Origin: Hypanus sabinus
Lineage: Eukaryota
Direction: 5' to 3'
Assembly (NCBI RefSeq): GCF_030144855.1
Contig: NW_026779444.1
Location: forward strand, 62,001 to 102,025
Length of the DNA stretch: 40,025 nt
Made by a program: the position numbers and the translations under genes. This document shows, in pieces, positions 32,601 to 40,025 of this stretch. Position 1 is the first letter of the stretch, and every line of letters begins with the position of its first letter. A model generated the notes under the pieces. It was not told the DNA's origin. It saw nothing but the letters and a program-made list of their open reading frames with translations, and ran no database searches.

Positions 32601-33845
32601 TGGTTCAGTGATGGGGTGAGTGAAGTCATTCCCTTTCATTTTGTGTCTCTCTAACTTGTGTTCAGACTTGTTGGACAAAAGCGATTGTGCTGAGGTGCCA
32701 TCCTGTAGAGTTCTGAACCGTCTCAGCTGAGCCTCTCTGCCCCAGTCCAGAGTGGAATATTCCTGTGACATGGGGCAGTGTGTTTCCCACTGAACCCAGC
32801 ACAAGTTCACCATAGTGTGGGCACAGTCTGTCCTCCAGGAGATCAGGAGCGATCACTGCCTGCAGAGGAGGTTCTACATTAGTGGGTGGTGGAAGGGCTG
32901 GGGTGGGGGAAAGTTTGGCCACAATATGGAAGGAGGGTGGAGAGTTTTTGATAAACACAAGAGATTCTTCAGATGCTGGAAATCCAAAGGAACACACACA
33001 AAATGCTGGAGGACACAGATGCCCCTCAGGCCTGTGTACCAAGTCCCCTCCTTTACTCTCTGTATACCCATGACTGTTGCCGCCCACAGCTCCAATCTGC
33101 AATTAAATTTGCTGATGACACTACACTGATTATCTCAAATAATAAGTTAGCCTACAGAGAGGAAGTCATCACCCTGACACAGTGGTGTCAAGAAAAAAAC
33201 CTCTCCCTCAATGTCACAAAAACAAAGGAGCTGGTTGTGGATTACAGGAGGAATGGAGACAGGCTCAACCCTATTGACATCAATGGATCTGGGTTTGAGA
33301 GAGCGAACAGCTTTAATTTCCTCAGCATAAACATCACTGAGGATCTCATTTGGTCTGTACATACTGGCTCCGTGGCGAAAAAGCACAAAAGTGCCTCTTT
33401 CACCTCAGACAGCTGAGGATGTTTGGTATGGGCCCCCAAATCCTAAGAAATTTCTGTTGGGGCATAATTGAGAGCATCCTGACTGGCTGCACCACTGACT
33501 GGTATGGGAACTGTACTTCCCTCAATCGCAGGACTCTGCACAGAGTGGTGTCGACTGCCCAGCTCATCTGTAGATGTGAACTTCCCAGTATTCAGGAAAT
33601 TTAGAAAGACAGGTGTGTAAAAACAGCCCAAAGGATCATTGGGGACCCGAGTCATCCCAAACACAAACTGTTCCAGCTGCTACCATCTGGGAAATGGTAC
33701 CACAGCATAAAAGCCAGGAACAACAGGCTTCGGAACAGCTTCTTCCACCATGCCATCAGACTGATTAATTCATGCTGACACAACTGTACTTCTATGTTAT
33801 ATTGACTATCCTGTTGTACATATTATTATAAATTGAACATTGCTT
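29682..33845. repeat. Tandem segmental duplication, copy 2
   Basis: Same evidence as copy 1; the core is nearly identical and the flanks are clearly more diverged. Confidence 0.95.
30086..32334 (-). mobile_element. CR1 LINE (family B), decayed, within duplication copy 2
   Basis: Same breaks and ORF boundaries as 25964-28212. Confidence 0.92.
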
Positions 33846-33900
33846 GTTTGAATGGAGACGTAACATAAAGATTTTTACTCCTCATGTATATGAAGGATGT
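33010..33900 (+). mobile_element. Rex1-type LINE 3' part
   Basis: IKFADDTTLII, NLSLNVTKTKELVVDYRR and IIESILTGCTTDWYGN. Confidence 0.85.
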
Positions 33901-34630
33901 AAGTAATAATGTCAATTCAGTTCAGTTCAATTCAGGAACTCAGCACCTATCTACTCTCCTGCCTGTTACACCACTGAGGTTTCGGGCAGCAATGGCGGTC
34001 CTCCATCTCTGGCCTACTTCATCATATTGGTAGCTTTCACAACTGTCACTCACGCAAGTCCCAGGTGGAGACTGAGGAATACCATCGCGCTCAGATGTAG
34101 AAGGATCCTTCACTACTGTTTCCATAACAGATTTGATTGACCAGTCAGGGTTGTTAGCCCTGAGCTGAACCCCAAAACTGGAGAAACAGTGGACCTCTCC
34201 CAGACCGGCCTCTGCCCTTTGACCTGTTTGGCATGGCTGACTCTCCCAAGAGCCAAAGCATGAAACCTAAACTCCAGCCAACATAGCTTTCCGAGTCATT
34301 GAGGTACACGGGCCTCCGAACCCAATGACAAGGTTGTGATCCTCTTAGAAGAGGCAGCATCTCTGGAGAGGAATAAACGTTTGATGTTTCAGGATGAGAC
34401 CTTCATTCCCCTCCATAGATGCTGCCTGACCTGCTGAGTTCCTTTAGCATTTGAGTGTGTTACTCTGTAGAGGTTTTAGACTCAGATATGTAAGGCCTAC
34501 AGAAACAAACAGCCCGAACATTTCAGATAATTCACAGGGGAAAAAGCAAGTCCCATGGAACGAGGACCCAGAATAAACTCCAAGGGCCAAACTTCCTTCT
34601 GTCCCGTGACCATCCTGTGTTTTGTGACAG

Positions 34631-34675
34631 CACAAGACAATGGCAGTGTGTACGACAGCGTTCTCTTCAATCGCA
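34631..34675 (+). CDS. Cytoplasmic exon with ITIM-like SVYDSV (phase 1-1)
   Basis: Acceptor gtgttttgtgacag|CA and donor CGCA|gtgaga (an in-phase alternative AGAG|gtcaac at 34684 is weaker); reads (A)QDNGSVYDSVLFNR. Confidence 0.7.
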
Positions 34676-35057
34676 GTGAGAGAGGTCAACTTCACTGCCT
34701 CATTTGCTGAGGAATTTTGTCTAATTTGTATTCAGAACTTAAGCAGATGATCAACAGAACCTTTCGATTTTCTTAAAGGTGCTGGACAGTTGCCAGTCAG
34801 TGATTGAGAATATCATATTTACACTCAATGGCCACTTTATTAGGTACACCTGTACACCTGACTCAGTACTTTGATTTATGAAGGCTATCGTACAAAACTC
34901 TTTTGACAACACTATGTACCTGTGGACACCACTCTCCAAGGTCTTGTACAGTCTGTAGGTAGTTTAAGGCTCCATATAAATGTGAGCTGCTAGGTGTTGT
35001 AATATTTCTTGCTTTCAGACATTAGTCGATTCGGACTAATCACTCTCTTCCTTACAG

Positions 35058-35135
35058 AGCAGTCAGATTCCTTCACTTATGCCAGCATTTCGACAGGACT
35101 TGGGAAGGCAAGAAAACCTCAAACTGAAGATCAAG
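35058..35135 (+). CDS. Cytoplasmic tyrosine-motif exon A, FTYASI (78 nt, phase 1-1)
   Basis: Acceptor ctctcttccttacag|AG and donor CAAG|gtacaa; reads QSDSFTYASISTGLGKARKPQTEDQ. An in-frame upstream acceptor at 35018/35019 would add 13 aa. Confidence 0.8.
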
Positions 35136-35214
35136 GTACAATCTCCATTTACCGTTCATCATTTCTCAGACTGCCTGCTGACCATCGAATACTGAAAACC
35201 TAGATAGAGCATAA

Positions 35215-35545
35215 TTGGAGAGCATGTTTCCGAAAGTGGGGGAATCTAGGACCAGAGGATACAGCCTCAGAATGTGGGGATGTCATTATAGAACAGAGAT
35301 GAGAAGGAATTTCTTTAGCCAGAGGGTGGTGAGGAATTCATTGCACAGACGGATGTGGAAGCCAAGTTACTGGGTTTATTTAAAGCAGATGTTGATAGGG
35401 TCTTAATTAGTCAGGGTGTCAAAGATTATGGGGAGAAGGCAGGAGAATGGGGTTGAGAGGGAAAATAAATCAACCATGATGGAATGGTGAAGCAGACTCG
35501 ATGGGCTGAATGGCCTAATTCTGCTCCTCTATTTTATGGTCTTAT
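35215..35545 (+). mobile_element. CR1 3' fragment between the two 78-nt exons
   Basis: MFPKVGESRTRGYSLR...RNFFSQRVV and 3' UTR. Confidence 0.8.
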
Positions 35546-35604
35546 TTTTTCTTTAAACATTTTATCTTTACACTTAACCTATGGCCTCTAGTTCTAGTCT
35601 CATA

Positions 35605-36195
35605 GAAACATAGAAATCTACAGCACATTACAGGCCCTTCAGCCCACAATGTTGTGCTGACCATGTAACCTACTCTAGAAACTGCCTAGAATTTCCCTAC
35701 AGCATTCGCTCTATTTTTCTATGCTCCATGTACCTATCTAAGAGTCTCTTAAAAGACCCTATTGTATCCACCTCTACCACCGTCACTGGCAGTGCATTCC
35801 ACATACCCACCGCTTTCTGTCTGTGAAAAACTTACCCCTGACATTTCCTCTGTCCCTACTTCCAAGCACCTTAGGACTGTGCCCCCTCAGTGGGTTTTCT
35901 CACCCAACCTCAATGGAAAAAGCCTGCTTGCATTTATCTTATTACTACCCCTCATGATTTCACATGCCTCTATCAAATCTCCCTTCATTCCCCTACACTC
36001 CAGGGAATAAAACCCAACCTCTTTAATCTTTCCCTATAACTCAGGTCACCAAGTTCTGGCAGCATCCTTGTAAACTTTCTCTGCACTCTGCACTTTCAAT
36101 CTTATTCATATCTTTTCTGTAGTTAGGTGACCAAATCTGCACACAATACTCTAAACTGGGCCTCACCAATGCCTTATACAGCTTCAACATAACAT
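35605..36195 (-). mobile_element. CR1 fragments (two pieces) on the minus strand
   Basis: catagaaacatagaaa tail complement followed by reverse-complement ORF2-end sequence (ggcagtgcattccac, cctcaccaatgccttatacagc). Confidence 0.75.
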
Positions 36196-36249
36196 TGCAA
36201 CTCCTGACTTCGATTTACTGTCGGTTCAGACGAATCCCTCTCCTTACAG

Positions 36250-36327
36250 AGCAGCCAGATTCCTGCACTTATGCCACTATTTTGATGAGAGGTGAGAAGG
36301 CAAGCAAACCACAAGCTGAAGATCAAG
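36250..36327 (+). CDS. Cytoplasmic tyrosine-motif exon B, CTYATI (78 nt, phase 1-1; paralog of exon A)
   Basis: Acceptor ccctctccttacag|AG and donor CAAG|gtacag; reads QPDSCTYATILMRGEKASKPQAEDQ; 64/78 nt identical to exon A. An internal in-frame donor lies at 36291/36292. Confidence 0.8.
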
Positions 36328-36579
36328 GTACAGTCTCCGCTTACCTTTCACCATTTCTTGGATCACTTCGAGGTCATCCTGCTGACTAACAGAAAGTTCT
36401 TCTTCAATTCCAGGTGGGCAGAAGCAGGAAGCTGGACCTCCAGGTGAGGCTTTCTCTCAAGGAATTCTTGAAAATGATCTCCTTCAACTGCTCCATTCAC
36501 CCGTCCCTTCCACTCACAGGGTGTGTGTCTGGCTGCCGCTAGGTCCTGCAGTCCACCTCAGTGAGACTGGAGGGAAGGA

Positions 36580-36985
36580 TTGGAGAAGCAATGAAGAGTG
36601 GGAGAGGAGAGGGGAGGGAGAATGAAAGAGAGGGAGGGGAAAGGGGAGAGAGGGTGAGGGAGGGGAAAGGGAATAAAAGAGAGTGAGGAGGAGGGACGAA
36701 TGAGAAAGAGAAGGGGGTGAAGGAAAGGCATAAGGGAAGTGGGAGAGAGAGAGGGGGACTGAGTGGGGAAGAGAGAGAGGGAGGGGTAGAGAGAGGAAGG
36801 GTGTGAGAGCAGGGTGAAGGGAGAGGTGGAGAGAATGGTAGGAAGGGAGAGAGTGGTGGAAGGGGGAAATGGATGGAGCAATGGAAGGAGAGAGGGAGGG
36901 GAAGGGGGAAAATTGAGGGAGGAGGAATGAGGAGCAGGTGGGGAGAGGGAGAAAAAGGAAGGGGAGGGGGAAGAAGAGGAGGGAA
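36580..36985. repeat. Polypurine (GA-rich) low-complexity tract
   Basis: About 400 bp made almost entirely of G and A on the plus strand. Confidence 0.9.
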
Positions 36986-37590
36986 GCAAACTTCGTTTGC
37001 TCTTGTTGCACAGGTGAGGACACTAGCTAGGAAACAGTGGCGTACGAGACAGGAATCGGGAATGGTGAGCTGACTGCACAGGCCCTTTGAGCTTCCTGTT
37101 CCTCAGAGAGGCCTGGCCAGTCTCCGACTCAGATTCACGTATTTATCACACATACATCGAAACATACAGTGAAATGTCATTTGCGTAAAGAACCAACACA
37201 ACACAAGGATGTGCCGGGTGCAGCCCGCAAGTGTCACCACACGTTCTGGCACCAAAATCGCACACCCACAATATTCAGCAGAACAACACAAGCAACAAGA
37301 GAACAACAACCATGAAAGAAACAAGCACTGCATACAAGCCCTTTCCTCCCTCTCACCCCATCCCCACACTGTCAGGCTTCCAACCCTGGGATAGACCACC
37401 TCCGGGCCTTCAGCTGCCAGTGGGCTCACAGACATCAGGTCTTGGATTTCTAGACATGCCAACCCTGGGCCTTAACTTCTGGGTAGGCCAACTTCAGTCT
37501 TCAATCCTCAGTCTTCAAACTTCAGTCTTCAATCCTCAGCCTTCAATCTTCCCTCACTGTCTGAACTAATATCTGATTTTTGTGTTTCAG

Positions 37591-37622
37591 ATGTGATCTA
37601 TGCGGAGGTGGTGAAGAAATAG
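37591..37622 (+). CDS. Terminal coding exon with canonical ITIM VIYAEV
   Basis: Acceptor atttttgtgtttcag|AT with CTAAT at 37566-37570 as a plausible branch point; reads (D)VIYAEVVKK then TAG at 37620-37622. I saw no AATAAA between the stop and the window end. Confidence 0.85.
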
Positions 37623-39200
37623 TAATCGGCAAAGACGACTGAACTCAGGGGAAGGAGGCTGCACCATTTCCATCCTCAGTCCAGGAGAGACAGCACTCAC
37701 TACTGACTCCTCCTGGCATGTCTATGCTTCTGAAATACAGTGTATTCCAGCTAATTGGGGCAGCCACCTATTGGGATGACACTTAAAAAACAAAAACTGT
37801 TTGAGAAAATAGACTCGATTCCCTTCAGTTCATTGAGAGACTCTGCAGCTTAATTGTGATAGGAGCTTGGAAATGGACAATTTTAGTCTTAGCACTGAGT
37901 AATGGAACTGATCATGAGTTTGTCTTCCACCATCAGGCCTTGAGACTGCCATCTCCAGTGATGGCATTCTCCACTCTCATCTTCGCCAGACCTCCCAGGA
38001 GATCACAAAAGTGCCAGATCATTTAGTTGTCTCAAAGGTACATCCTCAAAGGAAAACTGAAGTTTGCAGTGAATTGCTGTTCAGACATTTGTCTAGAAGA
38101 GTATCCAAGTGCTTAAAGGTTAATTTCATATCAGAATGTATACTGTATACAACCTGAAAATCTTACTCTTCACAGACATCCACAAAAGAAGAAACCCCTT
38201 AGAATGAATGAGAGAAATATCGAAGCCCTGAATCCGCGCCACCAATCTATCCACACAAGCAGCAGCAAAACCGTTAACCACCCCCTACCGCCCACCCCCA
38301 CCGCCCACCCCCCACCATGCAAGCAACAGCAGAAGCCCCTCAAAGAGACCTTGATCCAGAGCCCATCAAATCTGCAGTCCGTAATCCAGCACATTGATGT
38401 CTCAGACAGGCTCAGAGAGGGAGAGAGATCACACCTGCAACAACGGGAGTGGAGACCAAAGCTCACCGTTCTGATTCTACAACCTTCCACATCGCTTCTC
38501 CAAGAACCACCCACCCATCTCGAGGAACTGACAGGTTTTCATCCTCATTGAAAGAAGGAGAGAGAGAGAGAGCTGTCTACGTGTCACACTGGTCACTCAT
38601 CCCCTCTTGCCATTGAAGAAGATAGTTTTAATTACAGTCAATCAGAATGAAACAGCAGCTTACATTGGATGAATTCCTCCGTCAATAATTATCAGACTAA
38701 TATAGTCTGATGGTATTGTAGTACTATTGATGGTGTTCTAATTTGTTCTGTATTTCATTTAAATACATAATTTCTTACTCAGTTTGTCTTTTTTATATCT
38801 CTTTAACTATTTCCATGAATATTTGGCTGATTAGGACGGCTGCTTCTTTGTGCTGAAATGTGCTGGTCCTGATGTCATGTGTCCATTAACTGGAATCACT
38901 GTGTGTTATTGGAGCTTGATGACACCGACACCCGTATTGCTGAGGAGCAAGGCTGAATGTTGCACTGAGCTGTGAGGCACTGATGTCAAGTCTCCGGGTT
39001 ACTAGGGAAGCATTAAGCATAAAATAGACTTGGTATGAGGCATCTCCCCGTGGCCTTTACAGCCAAAGAGTTGTCAATTCCACCTTAAAGACAAGACAAA
39101 AACACGGTAAAGTAACAGTTGGTGTGAATCTATTACAGTGCCAGTGACCTGGGTTCAATTGCTTGTACATTCTCCTCCCACAGTCCAAAGACAAACTGGT

Positions 39201-40025
39201 CGTTGGGGTTCCCTGGTCTCTCAGTCTGTTGGGGTTCCCTGGTCTCTCAGTCTGTTGGGGTTCCCGGCTCTCTCAGTCTATTGGGGTTCCCTGGTCTCTC
39301 AGTCTGTTGGGGTTCCCTGGTCTCTCAGTCTGTTGGGTTCCCGGGTCAATCAGTCTGTTGGGGTTCCCTGGTCTCTCAGCCTGTTGGGTTTCCCTGGTCT
39401 CTCAGTCTGTTCGGCTTCCCTGGTCTCACAGTCTGTTGGGGTTCCCTGGTCTCTCAGTCTGTTGGGGTTTCCCTGGTCTCTCAGACTGTCGGGGTTCTCG
39501 GGTCTCTCAGTCTGTTGGGGTTCCCTGGTCTCTCAGTCTGTTGGGGTTCCCTGGTCTCTCAGTCTGTTGGGTTTCCCTGGTCTCTCAGACTGTCGGGGTT
39601 CTCGGGTCTCTCAGTCTGTTGGGGTTCCCTGGTCTCTCAGTCTGTTGGGGTTCCCTGGTCTCTCAGTCTGTTGGGTTTCCCTGGTCTCTCAGACTGTCGG
39701 GGTTCTCGGGTCTCTCAGTCTGTTGGGGTTCCCTGGTCTCTCAGTCTGTTGGGGTTCCCTGGTTTCTCAGTCTGTTGGGTTCCGTGGTCTCTCAGCCTGT
39801 TGGGTTTCCCTGGTCTCTCAGTCTGTTGGGGTTCCCAGATCTCTCAGACTGTCGGGGTTCTCGGGTCTCTCAGTCTGTTGGGGTTCCCTGATCTCTCAGT
39901 CTGTTGGGGTTCCCTGGTCTCTCCGTCTGTTGGGGTTCCCTGGTCTCTCAGTCTGTTGGGGTTTCCCTGGTCTCTCAGTCTGTTGGGGTTCCCTGGTCTC
40001 TCCGTCTCTTGGGGTTCTCGGGTCC
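39201..40025. repeat. 26-bp minisatellite/satellite, roughly 31 units, running off the window end
   Basis: Unit gttggggttccctggtctctcagtct with recurring variants; preceded by a V-SINE-like fragment at about 39110-39200. Confidence 0.95.

Larger units (their letters stand above)
3556..37622 (+). other. Span of a multi-exon Ig-superfamily inhibitory receptor gene (V-set, TM, ITIM-rich tail); 5' end (leader and possibly another Ig exon) lies upstream of the window
   Basis: Eight candidate exons with AG/GT boundaries join in one frame (381+90+40+53+45+78+78+32 = 797 nt; internal junction phases 1,1,2,1,1,1,1; first exon enters in phase 1). Predicted product: xPNESVSVMTG...QLQVTP-ANSNPLIYVLVVLVLLLLVCVLLAVSWKKK-VHVWLMCFIRGTK-RNAPRLTRSEQEQKPPQS-AQDNGSVYDSVLFNR-KQSDSFTYASISTGLGKARKPQTEDQ-EQPDSCTYATILMRGEKASKPQAEDQ-DVIYAEVVKK*. 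Confidence 0.8.

Noticed and set aside
34471-34489. Candidate micro-exon (ctctgtag|AGG...TAT|gtaagg)
   Set aside because: The acceptor lies at the end of a common repeat, and no reading phase connects it to the phase-1 exon at 34631.
36514-37073. Ser/Pro/Leu-rich and Gly/Arg/Glu-rich ORFs
   Set aside because: Translations of the GA low-complexity tract.
39163-39891. 242-aa ORF with repeating VPWSLSLLGFPGLSVCWG
   Set aside because: It is a translation of the 26-bp satellite; a stop-free frame is expected from the unit composition and there is no gene context.

Overview
This is vertebrate genomic DNA, not prokaryotic. The repeat mix (several CR1/L3 LINE families, Rex1/Babar-type LINE remnants, V-SINE/HE1-like SINEs, a Tf1/sushi-type chromovirus) points to a cartilaginous fish, probably a ray (inference). 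Most of the window is decayed transposon sequence, and nearly all long ORFs in the track are LINE or Gypsy fragments or repeat artefacts. Hidden among them, and not captured by any single ORF, is a multi-exon plus-strand gene for an immunoglobulin-superfamily type I membrane receptor. I assembled it from splice signals and phase matching: V-set exon 3556-3936, uncharged TM exon 18694-18783, two short juxtamembrane exons (19385-19424, 20397-20449; less certain), and four exons each carrying one tyrosine motif (34631-34675 SVYDSV; 35058-35135 FTYASI; 36250-36327 CTYATI; 37591-37622 VIYAEV-stop). The eight exons join in one open frame (797 nt), predicting an inhibitory, ITIM-rich, non-rearranging V-type receptor whose 5' end lies upstream of the window. 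Other notable structure: (i) a duplicated tyrosine-motif exon whose second copy carries an in-frame internal splice donor; (ii) a four-level nested TE stack with an intact 5-bp TSD and a Gypsy LTR showing a self-priming signature; (iii) a 4.12-kb tandem duplication with patchwork identity and several other local copy pairs; (iv) three tandem-repeat arrays. All alignments and counts were done by eye; no database search was run.
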